From a virus (lineage: Duplodnaviria; Caudoviricetes), in the IMG/VR virus record IMGVR_UViG_3300029288_000079, positions 32,001 to 96,000 of that record: a stretch of DNA of 64,000 bases. One strand, written 5' to 3'. Shown piece after piece: positions 1 to 7,572 of this stretch (its first letter is position 1; each line of letters opens with the position of its first letter). The notes under the pieces are model-generated. The model was not told the DNA's origin and made no database searches. It saw only the letters and a program-made list of their open reading frames with translations. A program made the translations under genes and the position numbers.

Positions 1-351
1 ACTAGATATTCCTGCACGAATATTCTCAGCCACATCCACTAACTTTCTTCTGGAGTACATTACAAACATATCTTGCAATTTCACCCGCAATTCAGATAAA
101 TCAGGATCCACATGTTCTATCTCTTTTATAAATAACTTAACCTCAGGATCCTCCGATTTATCTAAAATTATATTGGCAGTTGGATATACTGAATAAGGAG
201 GTTTTAAAAATTCAGAAAACTCTTCATAAGCCTTCCGAGTAATCTCATGGTTAAACCAAGCTGTGGGTATATTACGCCAAAAGTTTGGGCCTTTTAAACA
301 AGCTGCAAGAACATAACATTCTGTTCCATAATCTCTAAATTCTTGATTCAT
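1..351 (-). CDS. Probable replicative DNA helicase (DnaB-like), N-terminal part, runs off the window edge
   Basis: ATG at 351 overlaps the TGA of the loader gene (ATGA). Open frame MNQEFRDYGTECYVLAACL...MYSRRKLVDVAENI resembles a DnaB N-terminal domain and follows a DnaC-like gene. Confidence 0.6.
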   Translation of the reverse strand, partial: MNQEFRDYGTECYVLAACLKGPNFWRNIPTAWFNHEITRKAYEEFSEFLKPPYSVYPTANIILDKSEDPEVKLFIKEIEHVDPDLSELRVKLQDMFVMYSRRKLVDVAENIRAGISS

Positions 352-1115
352 ATATTACCTTTAGACAGCAATAATTTTTTAGCTCTCTTATCTGATCTAT
401 AACTATCACCAACCATAATTACAGGTATAAGCTCATTAAATCTATCTACCACATTAGCCGCTTGAGAAGACCCTAACATTTTCATTGAAATATTAGAAAC
501 AACTATAAGAGAAGTATTTCTATTATATATATTACTAAAAAATTCATTAACCCATGTTCCAGTTATAGAATGCATATCTGAAGCCTTGTTATCTTTTTCA
601 ATTTCATCTATCATCAATAACTCTACTTTATCTTCCATCCACAAAACAAGATCCTCACTATCCTTATTATCAATAGTTCCTCGTAATAAATTTGAAATGG
701 TAGACATACGAGTAGAATAACAAGAAATACCCTGTTTTAAAGCCTGTTTCATAATCCAATATGCTGATGCAGATTTTGCTGTACCCCCCATACCTTCAAT
801 AAATAGACCCACACCCTGTTTTGTAAGCTCCTGAATATCCTTCCCATACTTAGTTATTATTTTTATAGATGTTTCATTTTCTTTTTTAAACTTAGGTGTC
901 AAATCATTTTCAATATCAAAATCCCAATAACGCTTAGGTATACCTGCATTAAGCAGCTGTATAGTCCATTTGAATTTTTCCATACAGCTGCAATCAAGAA
1001 TATTACCATCCTTGAATATACCACCTGACCCATCACATCCACAATCCTGACCAACAATACTTGATCGTAATTCATTAACAATATCTGGTTTTAACCAAAT
1101 TCTTTGTCGTTCCAT
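348..1115 (-). CDS. DnaC/IstB-like AAA+ helicase loader
   Basis: N-terminal CxCxGxG...CxC, Walker A variant GMGGTAKS, Walker B LLMIDE, IVVSN, DRF, GDSYR. Start moved from 1208 to 1115 (MERQRIW) because an upstream ORF ends at 1117. Confidence 0.8.
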   Translation of the reverse strand: MERQRIWLKPDIVNELRSSIVGQDCGCDGSGGIFKDGNILDCSCMEKFKWTIQLLNAGIPKRYWDFDIENDLTPKFKKENETSIKIITKYGKDIQELTKQGVGLFIEGMGGTAKSASAYWIMKQALKQGISCYSTRMSTISNLLRGTIDNKDSEDLVLWMEDKVELLMIDEIEKDNKASDMHSITGTWVNEFFSNIYNRNTSLIVVSNISMKMLGSSQAANVVDRFNELIPVIMVGDSYRSDKRAKKLLLSKGNI

Positions 1116-1116
1116 A

Positions 1117-1269
1117 CTATTTAATTCCAAATCGTTTGTATTTCTTAATAAGCTTTTTTCTACAGATAAAATAATGTCCCCCATTGCCCTTTGAAATTCT
1201 ACCATCACCTAGCTTTTTCTGAACTTTACTTAGCACCCTACTATATTTTCTACGCTGATGTGAGTTCAT
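1117..1269 (-). CDS. Small basic protein (50 aa, MNSHQRRKYSRVLSKVQKK...)
   Basis: Not in the ORF track. ATGA-coupled to the methylase stop; its TAG lies 1 nt before the loader ATG. Confidence 0.5.
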   Translation of the reverse strand: MNSHQRRKYSRVLSKVQKKLGDGRISKGNGGHYFICRKKLIKKYKRFGIK

Positions 1270-1817
1270 ATTACCTTCTCTATTGAAATTGTTTCTGGTA
1301 TAATAACTTTTCCAATTTTAGAAAATACTTGTTTAAACTTTAATATATTTATACCAAAATACACAAAAGTCTGGCCCCTTTTAGCTTGCCCACCAACTTT
1401 ACCATTTATATCTACAAATTTAATACGCTCACGAGCACAACACACCGGAAAAGACTCCCATAACTGCTCGTACCATTTATATCCTTGGGTAGAATTCACT
1501 AATAAAATACCCTCTTTAAAATTACCCTTGTACCACTCTTCAATCATCTTTTTTGACCACGTAGCTTGACCACTTTTACCATCCTCTTTACCATATGGAG
1601 GATTACAAAATACTGTATTGGCTTTCCAATCTTGCTTCAAACCATTCTCTTTTTTACCAAACCAACAATTTGCTTTGATCCATTTCTGACAAAATTTAGC
1701 AGATGCGGGATCCAAATCTATTTTTCCTAATACATTTTTAACTAAATCTATATACACAGGTGGAGTATACCACTCTACCGTATTATGCGAAGTAAGAACA
1801 CTCATTGCTTGATCCAT
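1266..1817 (-). CDS. Phage DNA N6-adenine methyltransferase (Dam-like)
   Basis: EWYTPP, DLDPAS and catalytic NPPY motifs. Confidence 0.88.
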   Translation of the reverse strand: MDQAMSVLTSHNTVEWYTPPVYIDLVKNVLGKIDLDPASAKFCQKWIKANCWFGKKENGLKQDWKANTVFCNPPYGKEDGKSGQATWSKKMIEEWYKGNFKEGILLVNSTQGYKWYEQLWESFPVCCARERIKFVDINGKVGGQAKRGQTFVYFGINILKFKQVFSKIGKVIIPETISIEKVI

Positions 1818-2132
1818 TTATACACCTGTACCCATTATTTTACTCGATATAGACTCTAAAAAATTCTGTTTATTTTCTCTAACTTTTGGATATTTTTTCC
1901 AATGTTGCACCAGTCCATCAAACATCTTCTGTACACCCTCATTTGTATTAATACCTGTAAATGTAGCTACTCGCCCATCCGGAAGTAATGACATAAACAA
2001 AAATTCTTCACATATATTTAAACATTCTTTTATACGTACTTCCTGGATATCTTTATTTTGCTCATCATATATCTCATAAAATGATGGGGAATATTTCATA
2101 TCTGGCAGTTTCACCCCTGGAATTTTTTCCAT
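1818..2132 (-). CDS. Hypothetical protein
   Basis: Tightly packed ORF in the operon. Confidence 0.6.
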   Translation of the reverse strand: MEKIPGVKLPDMKYSPSFYEIYDEQNKDIQEVRIKECLNICEEFLFMSLLPDGRVATFTGINTNEGVQKMFDGLVQHWKKYPKVRENKQNFLESISSKIMGTGV

Positions 2133-2133
2133 A

Positions 2134-2370
2134 TTAAAATTCTCCTGTTAACCAAACCCTTATAATTCTAGAGTCATTTTCATTACTTTTCTTTTTTAAG
2201 GATATAGATTCTCCATAGCATGTTATAGTAACCTCATCATTATAAAAAGTTATACTACAAAATCCTGCTGATTTAATATCAGATCTCATACATGCCTCAG
2301 AATGCTTTTGACATGTATCAAACAATATAAAAGAGTTATCCTCAAATATTATATATTTTAATTCTCTCAT
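2134..2370 (-). CDS. Hypothetical protein
   Basis: Tightly packed ORF; KYIIF...H...SAGFC...YGESISL pattern typical of small phage proteins. Confidence 0.65.
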   Translation of the reverse strand: MRELKYIIFEDNSFILFDTCQKHSEACMRSDIKSAGFCSITFYNDEVTITCYGESISLKKKSNENDSRIIRVWLTGEF

Positions 2371-2744
2371 AGTTTTTTAAAAAAATCCTCTTTATATAAT
2401 TCATTTCGCATAGCTATAAAATAATCATTAGTTAATTTAGGATAATCCTGATATATATGATACACCTTTTCACTTACAATACTTCCAAATACAGGGACAA
2501 ACTTGTTCTTAAGAAAATATTCAGAAAATAGAGTATCAATAAAACACTTATAATCTTGATTTGATAATCTAAGCTTCATCCTAAACCCTTTCATCCTGGA
2601 CAAATAAGCTCTCCAAGCCACTGGAGGAATTACCAATCCACCATTCCCAGCCCTCTTCAAACAATCTGAAAAATATAAAAGAAAATCCCTATTACTCCAT
2701 TGCTCTAAAGGCTTTACTTCAGATTCCTTTAAAAGTAATTTCAC
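2367..2744 (-). CDS. Hypothetical protein (possibly replication-associated)
   Basis: Overlaps neighbours by 4 nt at both ends. Confidence 0.55.
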   Translation of the reverse strand: MKLLLKESEVKPLEQWSNRDFLLYFSDCLKRAGNGGLVIPPVAWRAYLSRMKGFRMKLRLSNQDYKCFIDTLFSEYFLKNKFVPVFGSIVSEKVYHIYQDYPKLTNDYFIAMRNELYKEDFFKKL

Positions 2745-2938
2745 TTGGGCCTTTCTATGTTTGTCATTACAATTTTTTTACAATGATCCAACTTAATATC
2801 TCTAATGCCCCCCTTATCCAAATGAATTTCACCCTCAGCAGTAACTAATAAAGACAGCATATCGTTACCAATGAATTCTCTTACAATGCCATGTAGTACT
2901 GTGCCATTCTTTAAAGTAACTTTTGTTTGCATCAGCAT
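2741..2938 (-). CDS. Small beta-rich (Sm/Hfq-like?) protein
   Basis: KVTLKNGTVLHGIV resembles an Sm1 motif; AAGGA SD upstream. Confidence 0.45.
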   Translation of the reverse strand: MLMQTKVTLKNGTVLHGIVREFIGNDMLSLLVTAEGEIHLDKGGIRDIKLDHCKKIVMTNIERPK

Positions 2939-3094
2939 ATTAAATTCCTTTTCATTATTCTATCTCCAAAATAAAAATAAAAACTGCAAATCGTTACCAT
3001 GTTTTATAGATTCAACCAACTCTGAGTATCCATTATCATTTTCCCTTCTATTTATTACTCAATTCAGCGTTCTATGTACTTACATGTTATGTCG

Positions 3095-3508
3095 TCATTG
3101 CTCATTTTTAGATACGCTTTGTGGCACTTCTTTTTCCGCTAAGAATTTTTGGATTATCTCTTCAACCTTTTCACCTACTGGATCACTCGTGTACCAACGA
3201 ATAAGTTTCCCAATCTTAGAGGCATAGTTCACCTCGTTTGTCGTGCTTTTCCCGATGTAATCATTTCGGTTCACAACAAACACTTCATCACAATCATCAA
3301 TCTTGCGGAAGTGTAATTCATCCATCGCGGTTGCAACGCTTTCGTGTTCGGCGATATGGTCAGGGATTCCCCTTGCATACCATATCGGCAATAAATGAAG
3401 TCCATTTGTTATTTTGTGTTCATCGCGCTCTATGAACCATGCACAAACAGCCATCACATCCACAAATCTTGAAGAACCACACATTACAACTCGTTTTGGT
3501 TTTTCCAT
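3095..3508 (-). CDS. Nucleoside 2-deoxyribosyltransferase-like (DUF4406-type) protein
   Basis: CGSSRF...LHFRKIDDCDEVFVVN...YIGKSTTNEVNYA. Start at 3508 has a GAGGA SD. Confidence 0.65.
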   Translation of the reverse strand: MEKPKRVVMCGSSRFVDVMAVCAWFIERDEHKITNGLHLLPIWYARGIPDHIAEHESVATAMDELHFRKIDDCDEVFVVNRNDYIGKSTTNEVNYASKIGKLIRWYTSDPVGEKVEEIIQKFLAEKEVPQSVSKNEQ

Positions 3509-3552
3509 ATTTTCCTCAGTGCCACAAAGCGTTAAAAGTAGATGCAATGCGA

Positions 3553-3952
3553 ACATAACCATGTGGCCAAGCTGACCGAATCAGCCAAATGCAAAATTCA
3601 TTGAGTTAAACGCCCTTCAAAATCAGTCTGCAAATGTCTTGTACTAATTCCTCTTCTGCCATTCTCAATTCTTTTATTTTTCTTTTATCCATTCTTGTTA
3701 ATGCCCTTAAGGCAGAGTGAAGCAATTCATGTATTAAAAAGTCCTTCGGTTCTTTTGTCTTTGTTCCCCATCCATAAATTATTGATCGTTTATTCCTCGG
3801 ATGAATAGAACATTGCGCTCCATACTTACTTGCACATTGGTATGTTATTTTCCAGTCTTGTAATATTCTCAGTTGGCTCTTTAGGGCGTTTAACTTTTTC
3901 TTACTCATTTTGAACGTTTCTCCTTCGGCAGTTTAGCAACCATCCGTTACGC
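3553..3952 (+). repeat. attC-like site A with a gene-containing loop
   Basis: Left arm ACATAAC-CATGTGGCCAAGCTGACCGAA (from 3553); right arm TTCGGCAGTTTAGCAACCATCC-GTTACGC (to 3952). Confidence 0.6.
3606..3908 (-). CDS. Hypothetical protein with HExxH motif
   Basis: LIHELLH...EE resembles a minimal zincin; GGAG SD; lies inside attC-like site A. Confidence 0.6.
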   Translation of the reverse strand: MSKKKLNALKSQLRILQDWKITYQCASKYGAQCSIHPRNKRSIIYGWGTKTKEPKDFLIHELLHSALRALTRMDKRKIKELRMAEEELVQDICRLILKGV

Positions 3953-4113
3953 GGTCGCGGTAAAGCGTGCAATTGCTTCAATTTTTTTACACACTTTCTT
4001 TTCTCAACTGTCCAGAATTTTATACAACTGTTAGCTAAGGCAATCTCTCTCCGTGCGGTTTTGATAGTTTTTTTTCTCTTTTCTATCTTATTCATCTTAA
4101 ATTCCTTTCGCAA
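3901..4113 (-). CDS. Small basic hypothetical protein
   Basis: Likely start MNKIEK after AAGGA; C-terminus is read through the right arm of site A. Confidence 0.5.
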   Translation of the reverse strand: MRKEFKMNKIEKRKKTIKTARREIALANSCIKFWTVEKRKCVKKLKQLHALPRPRNGWLLNCRRRNVQNE

Positions 4114-4203
4114 TTACATGCTCACTAAAATGTTAATTGATTTATTTGTAAACATTTTCCTGCTTAACGAAAAAGTTCTCGTTTTGTCCATTGTCATAAT
4201 TTC

Positions 4204-4521
4204 CTATAAACTATTTTTATCTTCATCCATTAATGTGCCGGTAGAATCAATACGCTGGATAGGTATTATTGTGCCGAATATTTTGCTAATTTCTTCTTTG
4301 GATGAATAATAGTAATCACTTATTGCCATATTCCCGAATAGACTATTATATACCCAGCGATATTTCATTACTTTCTTTTTAGGCATAGTAAACGTCTCTT
4401 CTTTTTGACCGACGAATTGCCATAAGGAAGGGCCTCCTTCTACATGCGCTCTATCATCTTCTGAATTAGGTGTTACATAATGGTAAAGCCCATTTCTATG
4501 TAAATATGCATTTACTAACAT
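4204..4521 (-). CDS. Hypothetical protein
   Basis: AAGGAG SD; overlaps upstream gene. Confidence 0.6.
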   Translation of the reverse strand: MLVNAYLHRNGLYHYVTPNSEDDRAHVEGGPSLWQFVGQKEETFTMPKKKVMKYRWVYNSLFGNMAISDYYYSSKEEISKIFGTIIPIQRIDSTGTLMDEDKNSL

Positions 4522-4733
4522 GGTATTTCTCCTTTAATTGGTTCATTAATTCTTGCCAAAAGCCATAGCAATCCACTAATTATCAACATTGCTCCACAAC
4601 TCGACCAATGATCTATTTTCATTTCTACACTTATGTTGCCGAAAGACCATATCAGCGTTTCTATGGCTACGGATACACCCATAAATATCATTCCATATAA
4701 GAAAGAAATTATTCTGTGTTCGTTTAGTTCCAT
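4515..4733 (-). CDS. Small two-TM membrane protein
   Basis: Two hydrophobic segments; ATG at 4733 just inside the R'' of site C. Confidence 0.55.
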   Translation of the reverse strand: MELNEHRIISFLYGMIFMGVSVAIETLIWSFGNISVEMKIDHWSSCGAMLIISGLLWLLARINEPIKGEIPC

Positions 4734-4754
4734 AATGTTCTCTGTTCGCAAAAA

Positions 4755-4839
4755 ATATAACCAAAGTTTCAAGTTGACCGAATCAACTTGCGTTTTTTAT
4801 TCTAACCTTTCAGCACGGCAGCTTAACCATCCGTTAGAC
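4755..4839 (+). repeat. attC-like site C (85 bp, canonical size)
   Basis: R'' ATATAAC, L'' region TTTCAAGTTGACCG, L' region CGGCAGCTTAAC, R' GTTAGAC. Extra C and A in the left arm match the extrahelical-base pattern. Confidence 0.78.
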
Positions 4840-4847
4840 ATATGTGC

Positions 4848-5195
4848 TCACAGTCCCGCTATAACGCATTCGTCACACACCCGCGTTTTGCCTGTATCAC
4901 TTCTGTCTTGTTGATTTACTACATATCCATAACTCGATCCACAGACATCACAAGTATGTGCCGGACAAAACGCTATGTGCGGTTGTCCTAATTCGTATTC
5001 CACTCCACAGTCAGGACACTTCGTTAATCGCGCACTGCCTAACACGTTGCTCAAGCTGACTGGCGTCAGCTCGTTTTTGTTAAGTATTTTTTCTATTAGG
5101 TCGGCAGCGTCGTAATATCCATTTCGGTTTGCTAAATCCATTGTGCTTCGTAATTGTTCGGTTAAACTTCTTTGGTCATTCATGTCTTGTCGCAC
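4848..5195 (-). CDS. Zinc-finger-containing hypothetical protein
   Basis: CPDC..H..C..H.CDVC..CDEC; AAGGA SD; N-terminus lies within the loop of site D. Confidence 0.65.
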   Translation of the reverse strand: MRQDMNDQRSLTEQLRSTMDLANRNGYYDAADLIEKILNKNELTPVSLSNVLGSARLTKCPDCGVEYELGQPHIAFCPAHTCDVCGSSYGYVVNQQDRSDTGKTRVCDECVIAGL

Positions 5196-5242
5196 TTTAT
5201 TTCCTTTCTGTTTACGCCAGCAGCTTCGCTTAATCGTTGGGT
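5037..5242 (+). repeat. attC-like site D (206 bp)
   Basis: GCCTAAC-ACGTTGCTCAAGCTGACTGGCG pairs with CGCCAGCAGCTTCGCTTAATC-GTTGGGT, leaving a bulged A. Confidence 0.72.
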
Positions 5243-5250
5243 GGACGCGA

Positions 5251-5409
5251 TCAATAATCTTCTTTTATGCGTTCATATCGTTCATCCAGTTCCAGAAGGA
5301 CTATAAGTTTATCAATTATTTCTTTCCTTCCAGTTCGTTTACCATTTTCAAACATTGAAAGTTCTCGTTTTGTCCATTGTTTTACTTTTATAGGCTTTAA
5401 TTTTCCCAT
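5251..5409 (-). CDS. Small hypothetical protein
   Basis: GGAGG SD (overlapping R'' of site E) precedes ATG at 5409. Confidence 0.55.
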   Translation of the reverse strand: MGKLKPIKVKQWTKRELSMFENGKRTGRKEIIDKLIVLLELDERYERIKEDY

Positions 5410-5415
5410 CTTTTC

Positions 5416-5545
5416 CTCCAACCAGCAACTCAAGCTGACGTGATGAGCGTTTTACGTTCTTCCGTTTCAGTTGTAATTCATTATCATATCGGTATTCATT
5501 CATGCTTCAAGTCTTTTCCATGTGCAGTTTATGTTGCCGTTAGGC
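5416..5545 (+). repeat. attC-like site E (130 bp)
   Basis: CTCCAAC-CAGCAACTCAAGCTGACG ... TGCAGTTTATGTTGCC-GTTAGGC. Confidence 0.7.
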
Positions 5546-5731
5546 TGGTGGCACTTCTCTGTACAAGCTCGCAATCAATAACCTATCCTCGTGTTTCGGG
5601 TTTTCTTTTTCGTCATTAACCACTGCAAACCAAGTGCCTGCAAATTTTTCCAGTCGCACAAATTTAACAGGGCAAGTACCATACCATAGCACTGTACCTT
5701 TTTTCATAAATCTTGCGTCCTTAAATTTCAT
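5540..5731 (-). CDS. Small hypothetical protein
   Basis: AAGGAG SD before ATG at 5731; TAA stop is inside the R' box of site E. Confidence 0.6.
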   Translation of the reverse strand: MKFKDARFMKKGTVLWYGTCPVKFVRLEKFAGTWFAVVNDEKENPKHEDRLLIASLYREVPPA

Positions 5732-5762
5732 CGCTGTTCTCCTTTTTATAAAATGTGCCACC

Positions 5763-5795
5763 GCCTAATACGGCTTCAACTTTGACAGAATTAGC
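5763..5795 (+). repeat. Degenerate attC left arm (site F)
   Basis: GCCTAAT-ACGGCTTCAACTTTGACAGAA; AAC mutated to AAT, no convincing right arm. Confidence 0.45.
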
Positions 5796-5880
5796 TTTGG
5801 TACGTTTGTCCATATCTTTTGATTTTTTCATTGATTCGCTCCCCTCCTGTTAGTAGTTTGCATATTGTATCGGCTTATCA

Positions 5881-7404
5881 TCATCCTAGTTCCTTTGCTA
5901 ATTCTTCTAATGTGCATTTGCTTACGTCACGTTCTATTAACTTAAACTCAGGCTCCGACTTATAAATCTCCAATCTCCTTTTAGAATGCTTTGAAATATA
6001 CCTAACATCATGATAAAAGTCAATAATTCCACAAGATATTTTTCCTTCTGCAGCCGTGATAGATCTCATACGCTGTAATGTAGAAATACTACTCAATCCT
6101 CCGGCAGCATTTATAGTAAAATCTAAACTTAACAAATCTATACCCTCCTCAAACAATGTTGATATACAGCACATAATCTTTTTTTCACGTATTTTTTGAA
6201 TAACATCAACTCTTCTATCAGTCTTATCTTTTCCAGTCAAAACTACAGAATTTTTTATGGCCTTGTGCAAAACATTGGCATGATAAATTGTATCAGTTTG
6301 TATAATCACAGACTTATTATTATTATTCAAAGACATAACCAGTAAATTAATTAAACCTATAAAAAATTTATTTTCAACTACTGCTTGTTTATAAACTGTA
6401 GGATATGCTGCATCAATATCAAATTTTGGTAATTTATAAAAATATATTGTAGGACGTAATAAAAAACCCTCTCTAATAAGCTCTGAATATGTTACAGTAT
6501 GAATTATATCACCAATAGCTTCTTCTACCAACATATCTTCATCTTTATCTGCAAAAGGAGTAGCTGTTAGACCTATCTTTAATTCCGCATTAGTACATTT
6601 ACTCAGTACAAATTTACTCGTATTTGATAAACTATGATGAGCTTCGTCATAAAACACTAATTTAGCTTTTTTAAGTAATATTTGAATTAATATTTTTTGT
6701 TTCTTTTCTATTGAAAGCTCTTTATCTAGATCTTTTTCTTTTATTTCCTTACTATAAGCCGAAAAAGCACTTTGAACAGTAACTATAGTTATATCCTGTA
6801 TATCTACTTTACCATCCCCTACAATGCCTACAGTTATATCAGGAAGAAACTGATGAACTCTATCCAAAGTCTGATAAGCAAGATCTAAACTTCTACAGAA
6901 AAATACCACAGGAAATTTACGTTCCGAGTCCACTATCGCAATAAACATCAAAGTTTTACCTGACCTCATAGGTGCTTTTAAAATTCCAAAACGTTTTTCT
7001 ACACAACTTTGAGCTGCCAATAATTGATATGGTCTCAATTCATAAGTATTAGATTTTTGTACAAACTGCTCGGAACGAGGTTTATCAATAACATTAACCT
7101 CACAGCCATGTTTCTGCAATATATTAATAACTCTATTTAAAAGACCTACACGAAATGTTTTTGTTTTGGCATGATAGAGATGGTACTGACCATCCCATTG
7201 ATGATTTTGAAATTTTGGTGAGAAAAAGTAATTTTCAGCGTAAAAAGAAAGTTCATTATATATTATTGCTTCTAATTCTGTAGGAAGTTCTGTAAGAAAC
7301 CTGCACCACACAGAATAGAATTGTATATCTACTATAATATTAAACTGTTGATCTATGTCTTCAGAAATCTCTTCATGAAATATATCAACATCTATTTTTA
7401 CCAT
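5881..7404 (-). CDS. SF2 DNA helicase (UvsW-like)
   Basis: LRPYQ, APMRSGKT, DEAH, GLTATP, EEGID motifs. Confidence 0.88.
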   Translation of the reverse strand: MVKIDVDIFHEEISEDIDQQFNIIVDIQFYSVWCRFLTELPTELEAIIYNELSFYAENYFFSPKFQNHQWDGQYHLYHAKTKTFRVGLLNRVINILQKHGCEVNVIDKPRSEQFVQKSNTYELRPYQLLAAQSCVEKRFGILKAPMRSGKTLMFIAIVDSERKFPVVFFCRSLDLAYQTLDRVHQFLPDITVGIVGDGKVDIQDITIVTVQSAFSAYSKEIKEKDLDKELSIEKKQKILIQILLKKAKLVFYDEAHHSLSNTSKFVLSKCTNAELKIGLTATPFADKDEDMLVEEAIGDIIHTVTYSELIREGFLLRPTIYFYKLPKFDIDAAYPTVYKQAVVENKFFIGLINLLVMSLNNNNKSVIIQTDTIYHANVLHKAIKNSVVLTGKDKTDRRVDVIQKIREKKIMCCISTLFEEGIDLLSLDFTINAAGGLSSISTLQRMRSITAAEGKISCGIIDFYHDVRYISKHSKRRLEIYKSEPEFKLIERDVSKCTLEELAKELG

Positions 7405-7437
7405 GTAATTAATTTACCCTTAAAATTAAATTAAAAT

Positions 7438-7528
7438 GTATTGAGATCCTCTCAGCCTGGAGCACAGGGACTTAAAGCAGACCCTATAACGATCTACGAC
7501 TTAGCTACATCACTCTGAACCCCAATAC
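7438..7528 (-). ncRNA. Candidate structured leader RNA upstream of the helicase
   Basis: 12-bp closing stem GUAUUGGGGUUC/GGAUCUCAAUAC with an internal hairpin; GC-richer than flanks; directly downstream of a promoter. Confidence 0.35.
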
Positions 7529-7538
7529 CATTATATTT

Positions 7539-7567
7539 AATATAAATAAATTAATCGTAAATGTCAA
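7539..7567 (-). promoter_or_regulatory. Sigma70-type promoter
   Basis: TTGACA-17 bp-TATATT. Confidence 0.7.
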
Positions 7568-7572
7568 ACTGC

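Larger units (their letters stand above)
3086..5860 (+). mobile_element. attC-delimited gene-cassette array lacking an integrase (CALIN-like), genes inverted
   Basis: Four attC-like sites plus two partial sites with cross-matching R boxes. The region is visibly richer in G+C and CpG than its flanks. Confidence 0.72.

Noticed and set aside
3553-5800. CRISPR array or rho-independent terminators as the explanation of the repeats
   Set aside because: Repeats are degenerate, bipartite and separated by genes of variable length; they lack consistent U-tracts and show attC box structure.
7438-7528. TPP or SAM riboswitch, hammerhead ribozyme or tRNA
   Set aside because: Contains GUGC...CUGAGA but lacks the remaining conserved cores; no cloverleaf or T-loop.
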